A stretch of DNA of 64,000 bases. Source: an uncultured delta proteobacterium (GTDB taxonomy: Bacteria > Myxococcota > Myxococcia > Myxococcales > Anaeromyxobacteraceae). Below the pieces are notes generated by a model. The model was not told the DNA's origin. It did no database searches and worked only from the letters and a program-made list of their open reading frames with translations. A program made the translations under genes and the position numbers. How positions within the stretch are numbered: the first letter of the stretch is position 1; each line of letters opens with the position of its first letter. Below, piece after piece: positions 12,126-22,130 of this stretch. The stretch spans positions 544,001 through 608,000 of the forward strand of contig CAVYBH010000012.1 in the NCBI GenBank assembly GCA_963766715.1, read 5' to 3'.

Positions 12126-12153
12126 GAGTCTGATAATATAGATTATGTAAACT
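12126..12153 (+). other. dif site (XerC/XerD chromosome dimer resolution site)
   Basis: GAGTCTGATAA-TATAGA-TTATGTAAACT: 11-6-11 layout with inner ATAA/TTAT palindrome; right arm resembles E. coli TTATGTTAAAT; intergenic AT-rich island. Confidence 0.88.
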
Positions 12154-12167
12154 ACGACCGGAGCCGG

Positions 12168-12716
12168 TCATGCAATGCGGCGAGCCCCACCGACCGGGCC
12201 GTCGTCATCCTGGTTGGCCGCCCCTCCGGCGATGCGAACGTGCCGCCGTCCGGCGCACTCCCCGGTCCTGGCCAGCACCCGGACGATCCGGGGCGCGCCA
12301 TCGCTCGACGCCACGTCGCAGGGGCACGGCGCAGTGGCCGGATCGCCGTCGTCGCCGGCCACCGACCGGAGCGCCTGGCGAAGCTCGGACTCGAGGCGGC
12401 GGAGCCGCTCGATGCGCTCCCGGGCGCGTCCGAGGTGGGCCGGAAGACGATCGCGCAGCAGGCCGCGGAACTCGCTGGCCGTGCGGCACCCCTCCCGCAT
12501 CGCCAGCATGGCCCGGATGTCGGGGATCGACAGTCCGAGCTCCCGCAGGTCGAGGATCAGCTGCAGCCTTTCGAGGGAGTTCGCGTCGTAGCGGCGGTGG
12601 CCGCCTTCGCTCACCATGGCGGGGCGCAGGAGCCCCTGCTCCTCGTAGAACCGGACGGTCCGGACGGTCTCGCCCGTGGCCCGCGCCAGGTCTCCGGTGG
12701 TGAAAATGCGTTCCAT
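12168..12716 (-). CDS. MerR-family transcriptional regulator
   Basis: FTTGDLARATGETVRTVRFYEEQGLL...GGHRRY, LGLSIPDIR; C-terminal Cys residues. Confidence 0.88.
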   Translation of the reverse strand: MERIFTTGDLARATGETVRTVRFYEEQGLLRPAMVSEGGHRRYDANSLERLQLILDLRELGLSIPDIRAMLAMREGCRTASEFRGLLRDRLPAHLGRARERIERLRRLESELRQALRSVAGDDGDPATAPCPCDVASSDGAPRIVRVLARTGECAGRRHVRIAGGAANQDDDGPVGGARRIA

Positions 12717-12772
12717 TCACCGGTTTGGCTAACCGGGGAGCCGGCGGGATGCAACGTCGCGAGCAGGTCCCG

Positions 12773-13918
12773 TCAGTCGCCGCCCAGGATGTCCCGGGCG
12801 ATGACCAGCCGCTGGATCTCGCTCGTGCCCTCGTAGATGGTCTGGACCCGGGCGTCCCGGAAGAGGCGCTCGACGGGGAACTCGTCGACGTAACCGTACC
12901 CTCCGTGAATCTGGACCGCCTTCGAGACGGCCACCTGCGCGGCCTCGCTGGCGAGGAGCTTGGCCATGGCCGCCTCCCGTCCGAAGGGCTCTCCGGCCTC
13001 CTTCCGCCCGGCGGCCCGGAGCGTCATCAGGCGGGACGCGTCGTGGGCGGTCTGCATGTCGGCGAGCGCGAAGGCGATGGCCTGGAACGAGGCGATGGGG
13101 ACGCCGAAGGCCTTCCGATCGCGGGCGTACCGGGTGGACGCGTCGAGCGCGGCCCGGATGGTCCCGGTGGCCTGGGAGGCGATCCCGATCCGCCCCCCGT
13201 CGAGCGCGGCCAGCGCGACCCGAAGCCCGTGCCCCTCGTGCCCCAGCACCGCCGATTCCGGGATCTCGCAGTCCTCGAAGGTGAGCGCCACGGTGCTCGA
13301 CGAGCGGATGCCCATCTTCTCCTCGTGGCGTCCCACGTGGAGCCCGGGCGTTCCCCCCTCGACGAGGAAGGCGGTGATCCCCTTGTTGCCGGCCTGGCTG
13401 TCGCTCCGCGCCCAGACGATGATCACCCCGGCCCGGTCGCCGCTGGTGATCCACTGCTTCGTGCCGTTCAGGACCCACCGGTCGCCGCGCCGCTCCGCCC
13501 GGGTGGTCATCGAGTTGGGATCGCTGCCGGCCTGGGGCTCGGAGAGGCCGAACGAGCCCGCCAGCCACTCCCCCGAGGCCAGCCGCGGCAGGCAGCGGGC
13601 CTTCTGCGCCTCGGTGCCGAAGCGCGCGATGGTCTCGCCCACCATGTTGGTCACGGCCATGGTGACCGACAGCGCGCAGTCGGCCCGGGCGATCTCCATC
13701 ACCGCCATGGCGTAGGCCACCGCGCCGGCCTCCGAGCCGCCGTAGGCGGCGGGGATGTTCACGGCGAGCAGCCCGAGCGCGCCCAGCTCGCGGATGAGCT
13801 CCTCGGGGAAGCGGGCCCGCCGGTCGGCCTCGGCCGCGGCCGGCGCCGCCCGCTCGGTGGCGAACTTGCGGGCGGCGGCCGCGACGGCGCGCTGCGTCTC
13901 CGTCCCCTCGAAGTCCAC
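12773..13918 (-). CDS. Acyl-CoA dehydrogenase
   Basis: [42 protein letters not shown]. Confidence 0.94.
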   Translation of the reverse strand: MDFEGTETQRAVAAAARKFATERAAPAAAEADRRARFPEELIRELGALGLLAVNIPAAYGGSEAGAVAYAMAVMEIARADCALSVTMAVTNMVGETIARFGTEAQKARCLPRLASGEWLAGSFGLSEPQAGSDPNSMTTRAERRGDRWVLNGTKQWITSGDRAGVIIVWARSDSQAGNKGITAFLVEGGTPGLHVGRHEEKMGIRSSSTVALTFEDCEIPESAVLGHEGHGLRVALAALDGGRIGIASQATGTIRAALDASTRYARDRKAFGVPIASFQAIAFALADMQTAHDASRLMTLRAAGRKEAGEPFGREAAMAKLLASEAAQVAVSKAVQIHGGYGYVDEFPVERLFRDARVQTIYEGTSEIQRLVIARDILGGD

Positions 13919-13927
13919 GGCCCGGTC

Positions 13928-15070
13928 CTACCCCTTGAGGACGTTCGCGGCGATCACCAGCCGCTGGATCTCGCTCGTGCCCTCGTAGATCTCGGTGATC
14001 CGGCTGTCGCGCCAGTGGCGCTCGGCGTCGTACTCCTTCACGTATCCGTACCCACCGTGAACCTGGATCGCCTTCGAGGTCACCCGCTCGCACATCTCCG
14101 ACGCGTAGAGCTTGGCCATGGCGCTCTCGCCGCTGTGGCGCACGCCCTGGTCCTTCATCCAGGCGGCCCGCCAGACGAGCAGGCGCGCCGCGTCGATCTC
14201 GGTGGCCATGTCGGCGAGCATGAACTGGATGGCCTGGAACTGGGTGATGGGCTTGCCGAAGGCCTTGCGGTCCTTGGCGTAGGCCACCGCCTCCTCGTAG
14301 GCCGCCTGCGCGATGCCGAGCGCCTGCGCGGCGATGCCGATGCGCCCCCCGTCGAGGGTCTGCATGGCGACCTTGAACCCCTCCCCCTCGCCGCCGAGCC
14401 GGAATCGCTCGGGGATGACCACGTCCTCGAAGAAGAGCGTGCAGGACCCGGACGCCCGGATTCCGACCTTGTCGTCGGCCCGGCCCCGGCTGAATCCCTT
14501 CACCGACGCGGGCACGAGGAAGGCGCTGATGCCCTTGTGCCCCTTGGAGCGGTCGGTCATCGCGAACACGATGACCACGTCGGCCTGCGGCCCGTTGGTG
14601 ATGAAGTTCTTCGTGCCGTTGAGGACGTACTCGTTGCCCTTCTTCACGGCCAGCGTGCGCATCTCCGCCGCGTCGGAGCCGCTCATGGGCTCGGTGAGGG
14701 CGAAGGCCCCCAGCCGCTCCCCGCGGGCGAAGGGCGTGAGGAACTCGCGCTTCTGGTCGTCGGTCCCGAACTTGTGGACCGGGTCGCAGTAGAGCGAGTT
14801 GTTGACGCTCATGATGACGCCGGTGCCGGCGCAGCCGCGGGAGATCTCCTCCATCCCCACCGCGTAGCTCACGTTGTCCATCCCGGCGCCGCCCAGCTCG
14901 GGCGGGATGGCGACGCCCAGCAGCCCCAGCTCGCCGAGCTTCTTCACGGCCTCGGCCGGGAACTGGTGGTCGTGATCCCACTTCCGGGCGTTGGGCTTGA
15001 GCTCCGCGTCCGCGAACTGCCGGCAGAGATCGCGGACCTGGCGCTGCTCCTCGGTGAGCTGGATGTTCAT
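13928..15070 (-). CDS. Acyl-CoA dehydrogenase (short-chain/butyryl-CoA type)
   Basis: Starts MNIQLTEEQ after [37 protein letters not shown]. Confidence 0.94.
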   Translation of the reverse strand: MNIQLTEEQRQVRDLCRQFADAELKPNARKWDHDHQFPAEAVKKLGELGLLGVAIPPELGGAGMDNVSYAVGMEEISRGCAGTGVIMSVNNSLYCDPVHKFGTDDQKREFLTPFARGERLGAFALTEPMSGSDAAEMRTLAVKKGNEYVLNGTKNFITNGPQADVVIVFAMTDRSKGHKGISAFLVPASVKGFSRGRADDKVGIRASGSCTLFFEDVVIPERFRLGGEGEGFKVAMQTLDGGRIGIAAQALGIAQAAYEEAVAYAKDRKAFGKPITQFQAIQFMLADMATEIDAARLLVWRAAWMKDQGVRHSGESAMAKLYASEMCERVTSKAIQVHGGYGYVKEYDAERHWRDSRITEIYEGTSEIQRLVIAANVLKG

Positions 15071-15084
15071 CGATTCTCCCGGTG

Positions 15085-15867
15085 TCAGTTGCCCTGGAAT
15101 CGGGCGGGTCGCTTCTCCACGAAAGCCGTCAGCCCCTCTCGACCGTCGGCGGTCCCGAAGAGCACGCCGAACGCGTCGGCCTCCATCAGCTGCCCGGCCG
15201 CGAGCTGCGGCTGCGCGGTGGCGCGCACGATCCGCTTGGCGGCGGCCACCGCGGCGGGTCCCTTCCCCGCGATCTTGCGCGCCTGTGCGAAGGCGTACTC
15301 GAGCAGCTTCTCGGGCGGGAGCACCTCGAGGGCCAGCCCCCACGCCTTGGCCGTCGCGGCGTCGACCATGTCCCCGGTCAGGATCATCTCCATGGCCCGG
15401 GCAGGCCCGACCCTGCGCTGCAGGCGCTGCGTGCCCCCGAACGCCGGGATGATCCCGAGGTTCACCTCGGGCTGGCCGAACCGGGCCCGCTCGCTCGCGT
15501 AGACGAGGTCGCACGCCATGGCGAGCTCGCAGCCGCCGCCCAGCGCGAAGCCGTTCACCGCGGCGATGGTGGGGATGGCGAGGGCCTCCAGCCGCTCGAA
15601 GGTGCGCTGGCCGGCCTCGGCGAAGCGCCGGGCCTCGAGCGGCGAGAGGAACGACATCTCGGCGATGTCGGCGCCCGCCACGAAGGCCTTCTCGCCGCCG
15701 CCGGTCACCACGATCGCGCGCAGCGCCCGGTCCGCCTCGACCGACGCGAGCAGCTCGCCGAGCTCCCGGATGGTGCGGGTGTCGAGCGCGTTGAGCGCCT
15801 TGGGGCGGTTCATGGTGACCACCCCGACTCCGTCCTCGACCCGCCAGAGGATGTTCTCGAGCTGCAT
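15085..15867 (-). CDS. Enoyl-CoA hydratase/crotonase
   Basis: NRPKALNAL, AFVAGADI, AVNGFALGGGCELA, GQPEVNLG; GGAGG RBS before MQLENI. Confidence 0.94.
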   Translation of the reverse strand: MQLENILWRVEDGVGVVTMNRPKALNALDTRTIRELGELLASVEADRALRAIVVTGGGEKAFVAGADIAEMSFLSPLEARRFAEAGQRTFERLEALAIPTIAAVNGFALGGGCELAMACDLVYASERARFGQPEVNLGIIPAFGGTQRLQRRVGPARAMEMILTGDMVDAATAKAWGLALEVLPPEKLLEYAFAQARKIAGKGPAAVAAAKRIVRATAQPQLAAGQLMEADAFGVLFGTADGREGLTAFVEKRPARFQGN

Positions 15868-15893
15868 CGTGCCTCCCGGCCGCCCTCGGGCGG

Positions 15894-16748
<855 letters not shown>

Positions 16749-16801
16749 GGACACACTCCTGTGCGGGAACGGGCCTTGATACGGAGAATCCGGCTGGGTT
16801 G

Positions 16802-17164
16802 TCAATCGTCGCGCTCGGGCACGTCGTGGACGGCGAGGACGACCGGGCCGCTCTCGGCCACGGTGACCGGCAGGACCGCCCGCCGGGGAGCCCCGGTCAG
16901 GCGCCAGACGCGCACGACCACCCGGTACTGGCCGTCGGTCAGCTTCACGTCCTGCTGGATCTGGGCAGGTGCTCCTGCCGGGAAGCGGAACTCGGCTTGC
17001 CGCAGTGCGGTATCGCCCCGGAAGACCTCCACGACGACGCGCCGGACCGCGCCTGCGTCGTCGAGGGCGTACACGAGGGAGACGTTGCGCGGGACCTCGC
17101 GGAAGACGAAGAGGCCAATCGCGGCGAACCCGAGGAGCAGGAGCAGCCGCAGGGCGGCCTTCAC
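16802..17164 (-). CDS. Hypothetical membrane-anchored protein
   Basis: Hydrophobic N-terminus, beta-rich remainder; GTGA overlap with upstream gene. Confidence 0.65.
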   Translation of the reverse strand: MKAALRLLLLLGFAAIGLFVFREVPRNVSLVYALDDAGAVRRVVVEVFRGDTALRQAEFRFPAGAPAQIQQDVKLTDGQYRVVVRVWRLTGAPRRAVLPVTVAESGPVVLAVHDVPERDD

Positions 17165-17599
17165 TCCGTCTCCCCCTCCCCCTCCACGTCCGCCTTCGGG
17201 CGTCTCTTGACCCGGACCCGGACCGGCTGCTGCGGCCCGTCATCCGAGGCCTTGAGCCGCATCTCGGCGTGGATCTCGACCGTCATGTTCTCGAGCGACC
17301 GGAGCATCTCCTTGCGGAAGGTCTCCGAGTCGAGGAGGCGGCGCAGTTCCTGGCCGACCACCCGGACCACCTCGTCCCGGGCCCCGGAGGCCTGCGAGAC
17401 GAGGTAGGTGGCGAGGTCCTTGGGGAGCTTCCACTCCCGGGCCATCTTGCGGGCGCCCTCCTCGGTGAGGAACAGGGCGCCCACGCCGGTGAGGACGGCC
17501 TTGCGGACGACGTCGGCGACGAAGCCGACGGTTCCAGGGCCTCCGGGTGGCTCGTCCGGGAACGGCGGCGAGATCGTCGGGAATGTCCGGGTCAGCCAT
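17161..17599 (-). CDS. Hypothetical helical protein (frameshift near 17560)
   Basis: MADPDIPDD start continues in another frame as VADVVRKAVLTGVGALFLTEEGARKMAREWKLPKD. Confidence 0.65.
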
Positions 17600-17641
17600 G
17601 GACGAACCCTATCGCATCCCGCGCCCCGATGGGGCCGGCCG

Positions 17642-18727
17642 TCACGCCCGGGGCTGGGCCCCGATGACCGGAAGGCGCGGGGACTTCATCACCTGCACGC
17701 TGACGGCGCCGGCGACCTGCCCGGCCATCGCCACGAAGGCGCGGGCCTGGGGGCCGTCGGGCAGCGCCTCGACCACCGGCATCCCGGCGTCGCCGCCCTC
17801 CCGGATGGCCAGGTCGAGCGGGATCTCGCCGAGGAAGCGAATCCCCATGCGCTCCGCGGCGGCGCGCGCACCGCCATGGGCGAAGATCTGGGTCTCCTGG
17901 CGGCAGTGCGGACAGATGAAGCTCGACATGTTCTCGACAATCCCGAGCACCGGGATCCCCACCTTGTCGAACATCAGCTTGGCCCGGATCACGTCGGCGA
18001 GCGCCATGTCCTGCGGCGTCGAGACGAGCACGACCCCGGCCGCCTTGACGTTCTGGGCCAGCGTGAGGGGCACGTCGCCGGTTCCCGGAGGCAGGTCGAG
18101 CAGGAGGTAGTCGAGCTCGCCCCAGTTCACGTCCCGCATCAACTGGAGGAGCGCGCCGGTCACCATCGGGCCACGCCAAATCATGGCCTGATCCGGGTCG
18201 ACCAGGAACCCAATCGACATGAGCTTCAGGCCGTGGGCCTCGAGCGGATCGAGCCGGTTCCCCTCGACGGTGCTCGGCCGCTCGGTGACGCCGGTGAGGA
18301 GCGGGAGCGACGGTCCGTAGATGTCGGCGTCGAGCACCCCGACCTTGGCGCCGGACCGGGCCAGGGCGAGCGCCAGGTTGATGGTGACGGTGGACTTGCC
18401 CACGCCACCCTTCCCGGCGCCGACGAGGACGATGTTCTTCACGCCAGGCGTCATGGACGACTGGGCGACGCCGGGCGCCGAGCGGACGCGGGAGCCGAAG
18501 TGGAGGTCCACCTTGCTGGCGCCGGCGCCCCGGAGGGCGGCCTCGACGTCCTTCGCGATGGTGTCCTTGAGGGGGCAGGCAGGCGTGGTGAGCTCGACCT
18601 GGAGGGAGGCGACGCCGTCCTTCACGGTCAGGTCCTTCACCATCCCCAGGCTGACGATGTCCCGGTGCAGCTCGGGGTCCATCACCTTCCGAAGTGCCGC
18701 CATTGCGCTGTCGAGCGTGATCTCCAT
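17642..18727 (-). CDS. Mrp/NBP35 (ApbC) Fe-S cluster carrier ATPase
   Basis: DPELHRDIVSLG, TTPACPL, GKGGVGKST, DADIYGPS, WRGPM, DLPPGTGD, ENMS..CPHC. Confidence 0.94.
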   Translation of the reverse strand: MEITLDSAMAALRKVMDPELHRDIVSLGMVKDLTVKDGVASLQVELTTPACPLKDTIAKDVEAALRGAGASKVDLHFGSRVRSAPGVAQSSMTPGVKNIVLVGAGKGGVGKSTVTINLALALARSGAKVGVLDADIYGPSLPLLTGVTERPSTVEGNRLDPLEAHGLKLMSIGFLVDPDQAMIWRGPMVTGALLQLMRDVNWGELDYLLLDLPPGTGDVPLTLAQNVKAAGVVLVSTPQDMALADVIRAKLMFDKVGIPVLGIVENMSSFICPHCRQETQIFAHGGARAAAERMGIRFLGEIPLDLAIREGGDAGMPVVEALPDGPQARAFVAMAGQVAGAVSVQVMKSPRLPVIGAQPRA

Positions 18728-18823
18728 GGTGGCGGGGCTATACCCGGGCGATCGGGTCGGGTCAACGGCCTGCGGGGGCCGGCGGAACCTCGCGCGGCGT
18801 CCGTGGCGTGACAAGATGCGGGC

Positions 18824-19762
18824 ATGCTTCGGGTCGAACGCCTCGAGGAGAACACCGTCCGCACCGGCGGCCGGGAGCTGGCCGCGCCGGGCGCCCACGT
18901 CTGGGTCGACTGCACGCCCGAGCCGGAGAACCTGGACTGGCTGGCGAGCCGATTCGGATTTCACCCCCTCGCGCTCGAGGACGCCGCGCACGCCGACCAG
19001 CGCTCCAAGTTCGAGGACTACCCCGGAACCGCCTTCGTCGTGCTCCACCGCCTTTCCGGGAATCCGGAGGGCGAAGGCGTGGGCGACAAGGAGCTCCACG
19101 CCTTCCTCACCGCCGAGGCGCTCGTCACGGTCCACGCCGAGCCCATCGCCGAGCTGGACGCGGTCTTCGACCGGGCAAAGGGAGACCCGGAGGTCCTGCG
19201 CCGGGGCCCCGACTTCGCCCTGTACCTCGTCTACGACGCCATCACCGACTCCCACTTCGCGCTCGCCGACCTCCTGTCCGACGAGGTCGAGGTCCTGAAC
19301 GAGGAGACGATCGAGAACCCCCGCGAGGAGGAGGTCGTGGCCCGCATCAGCGCGCTGCGCCGCCAGCTCGCCCACCTGCGCCGCCGGCTCGCCCCGCAGC
19401 GGGAGGTCCTCGCCGCCCTCTCCCGCCCCGGGCAGCCGGTCGTCCACGAGAAGACGGTGGTCTACTTCCGGGACGTGCAGGACCACGTGGTCCGCATCAC
19501 CGAGGAGCTCGACACGGCCAGGGACCTGGTCTCCCAGACCATGGAGATCTACCTCTCGTCGGTGAACAACCGGCTCAGCGCGGTCATGGCGCGCATGGCG
19601 CTCGCCGCCACCGTCTTCCTGCCCCTGACCTTCGTGACCGGGTTCTTCGGCATGAACCTGCCGGGGACCACGAATCCGCTGGGGTGGTGGGTGGTGGGCG
19701 TCTTCGTGCTCGCCCTGCCGCCCACGATGTGGATCTGGTTCCGGAAGCGCGGCTGGTTCTAG
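18824..19762 (+). CDS. corA: CorA-family Mg2+ transporter
   Basis: FHPLALED, YFRDVQDH, LPLTFVTGFFGMN signature plus second TM helix. Confidence 0.92.
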   Translation: MLRVERLEENTVRTGGRELAAPGAHVWVDCTPEPENLDWLASRFGFHPLALEDAAHADQRSKFEDYPGTAFVVLHRLSGNPEGEGVGDKELHAFLTAEALVTVHAEPIAELDAVFDRAKGDPEVLRRGPDFALYLVYDAITDSHFALADLLSDEVEVLNEETIENPREEEVVARISALRRQLAHLRRRLAPQREVLAALSRPGQPVVHEKTVVYFRDVQDHVVRITEELDTARDLVSQTMEIYLSSVNNRLSAVMARMALAATVFLPLTFVTGFFGMNLPGTTNPLGWWVVGVFVLALPPTMWIWFRKRGWF

Positions 19763-19769
19763 GCCGGTT

Positions 19770-20854
19770 CTAGGCCGGACGCACCTCGACGGTCCCCTCC
19801 CCGCCCTCGGCCCCCGTCACCTCGACGGCGACCGGCAGGAAGGCCCGGATCACCTCGGCATTGGTGGCGAGGTGGCGCGTCACTTCACTGACAGTATATC
19901 TCGTCCCCGCGTCCAGCCCGGCCGGCCGCGCGATCCGCCCAGCCGCCACGAGCGCGGCGGGGAGGAGCAACTGGTCGCCCAGCCGCGGGTCCACCGCGGC
20001 GTGCCCCTGGAGGAAGCGGGTGAACGCCCACGAGGCGGCGTCGGCGGTGCGTTCCGGGTCGCGATCCAGGTCGCCCGTGGCGGCGTGTCCCGACCGGGTG
20101 CGCTCGAAGCTCCCCACGACGAGCACGTGGCTTCCCGCGCGACGGGCCGGAGGGCAACGGGACCGACCGGACCTCGGCGAAGACGCCTCCCTCCCGGAGG
20201 CGGCGCTCGGCCCTCTCGGCCTGCCGCTCGGCGACCGAGAAGTCGAGACCCGCCACGAGGGAGAGGACCTCCGCCTGGACGAGCGTCCCCCGGTGGCCCA
20301 GGTCGAGCGGAGGCATGGCGCGGGCGGGATGGACCTCGGCGGTCATCTCTCCCCCCCTTCCGGGTAGAAGCCTGCCCGGACCAGCGAGAGGTCGAAAGCA
20401 AACCCCAGTCGAGCCACGGCGGGAGCCCAGACCAGCGCCAGGTAGTGGAACGAGGGGCTGTGGTCCTGGTGCGTCCCCCCCAGCAGGGTCACGCTGCTCG
20501 AGCCTCCGGCCAGGGCGAGCGGCCAGCAGAGGGTCTGGAAGAGAAGCGGGGCCGAGCCGGCCGTCCCGATGTCGAATCGCCAGGTTCCCGACGGGCGCCG
20601 GACGACGAGGAGTGAAGGAAATCCGGGGGGATCCGACCTCGTCGCCGGTGACGACGGCCTCGGTCAGCGTCGCCGTGGCCCGGACGGCGGCCAGGTGCTG
20701 GGGGCGCAGGCCGGACTTGAGCCGCCTGGCCCGGATGTTCGTCGATCTGGAAGGGCTGCCCGGTCACGGCCGAGAGCGACAGGGCCGAGCGCAGGATCTG
20801 GCCGCCCCCTTCGCCTTGGCCACCGTCCAGGACGATCAGGGCAGAAGTCTGCAC
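19770..20854 (-). CDS. rtcA: RNA 3'-terminal phosphate cyclase (several frameshifts)
   Basis: [39 protein letters not shown] (catalytic His region). Confidence 0.85.
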
Positions 20855-20907
20855 GCCCGCCCATCTAGACCCCCCGCTCGAACCCCGTCAAGCCGCGCCG
20901 AAACTCC

Positions 20908-20933
20908 CGAAATAGGGCTCTGACTCCGCCGTA
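20908..20933 (+). promoter_or_regulatory. Candidate autoregulatory ECF sigma promoter
   Basis: CGAAAT-N16-CGTA directly upstream of the ECF gene, similar to SigW-type TGAAAC-N16-CGTA. Confidence 0.45.
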
Positions 20934-20942
20934 TGAGGCAGC

Positions 20943-21602
20943 ATGGTTGCAGCCCACGCATTTCCCGGGATAGGGTCCCTCGTCTCCTGGCCAGCGCTGA
21001 AGGAGAGGGACCGGGTCCTCTTGCCGCCTCCTTCGCACGACGCGAGCCTCGCCATCGCGGCCGCCCGCGGAGACCGCCAGGCCTTCGCGCGGCTCGTCGA
21101 GGAGAACAAGCGCTCGGTCTACGGCCTCTGCGTTCGCCTGCTCGCCGATCCCGAGGAGGCCCGCGACGCCGCGCAGGAGGCCTTCACGCGCGCCTATGCC
21201 GCGCTCGAGGGCTACGACCTCGAGCAGCCGTTCGCGCCCTGGGTCCTTCGCATCGCCCGGAACCTGTGCCTGGACATCCTGCGCCGGCGCATCCCGGCCC
21301 GCGCCCGGGTCGAGCTCGACGCCGACGACGACGAGGGGCCGCCTCACGAGCTCGCCGACACCGGCTCGGAGCGCGCCGACGATGCCATCCAGCGCGTCCA
21401 GACGCGCCAGGCCCTCGAGAAGGCCGTGGCCGCGCTTCCCCCCAACTACCGCGAGGTCGTGCACCTCTTCCACGTCGAGCAGCTCTCCTACAAGGAGATC
21501 GCGACGACGATGGGCATTCCGATGGGGACCGTCATGACCTGGTTGCACCGAGCCCGAGCCCAGCTGCGAACGCTTCTCGAGGGGCAGGAGGTCCGCCCGT
21601 GA
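20943..21602 (+). CDS. ECF RNA polymerase sigma factor (start may be TTG 21021)
   Basis: GDRQAFARLV, EARDAAQEAF, WVLRIARN, region 4 LSYKEIATTMGIPMGTVMTWLHRAR. Confidence 0.92.
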   Translation: MVAAHAFPGIGSLVSWPALKERDRVLLPPPSHDASLAIAAARGDRQAFARLVEENKRSVYGLCVRLLADPEEARDAAQEAFTRAYAALEGYDLEQPFAPWVLRIARNLCLDILRRRIPARARVELDADDDEGPPHELADTGSERADDAIQRVQTRQALEKAVAALPPNYREVVHLFHVEQLSYKEIATTMGIPMGTVMTWLHRARAQLRTLLEGQEVRP

Positions 21603-22117
21603 CGCACGACCGCCACATCGACGAGATCGAGGCCCAGTCCTTCCTGGACGGGCTCCTGCCCGAGGGCGAGCGCCTCCGCGTCGACGCGCACCTCGAGGGC
21701 TGCGAGTCCTGCCAGGCCCTGCTCCTCTCGTTCGAGAGCCTCGAGGAGGCCCTCTCGGGCCTGTCGCTGGCCGAGCCCCCCGCCGACTTCACCGCGGGCG
21801 TGATGGCGCGCATCGACGAGCGCGAGGCGGCCAGGGCCGGCGAGCGTCGCGTCGTCCTCGCGGTGCTGGCCGCGGTCTCCGCCGCCCTCGCCGTCGCCCT
21901 CCTCGTGGCCGGCCAGGCCGCCTGGGCGCCCGCCCTCTCGGCGGTGTCGTCCGTCGGCGTCCAGGCGCTGCGTGCGGTGCGCATCTCCTCCGACGTGCTG
22001 TCGCCGCTCGTCTCGGCTCTCCGGCTGGAGATCATCGTCGTCTCCGCCGCCATCGGAATCCCGCTCCTCCTCGCCGTCTCGCGCCTGGCCGTCCCCCGCC
22101 AGGGCCAGGTCGCCTGA
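21599..22117 (+). CDS. Zinc-binding (zf-HC2/ZAS) membrane anti-sigma factor
   Basis: HLEGCESC (HxxxCxxC) followed by TM segments; GTGA overlap with the sigma gene. Confidence 0.87.
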   Translation: MTHDRHIDEIEAQSFLDGLLPEGERLRVDAHLEGCESCQALLLSFESLEEALSGLSLAEPPADFTAGVMARIDEREAARAGERRVVLAVLAAVSAALAVALLVAGQAAWAPALSAVSSVGVQALRAVRISSDVLSPLVSALRLEIIVVSAAIGIPLLLAVSRLAVPRQGQVA

Positions 22118-22130
22118 AAGGCACCCCGCC

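Noticed and set aside
12800..13990. Near-identical DNA stretches near 12800 and 13955 (and inverted near 1060)
   Set aside because: They encode the conserved [12 protein letters not shown] end of paralogous acyl-CoA dehydrogenases, not a repeat element.
12725..15502. 925-aa + strand ORF, and similar long ORFs such as 32459-35383 and 24697-27762
   Set aside because: Antisense shadows of well-supported minus-strand genes, expected at this GC content.
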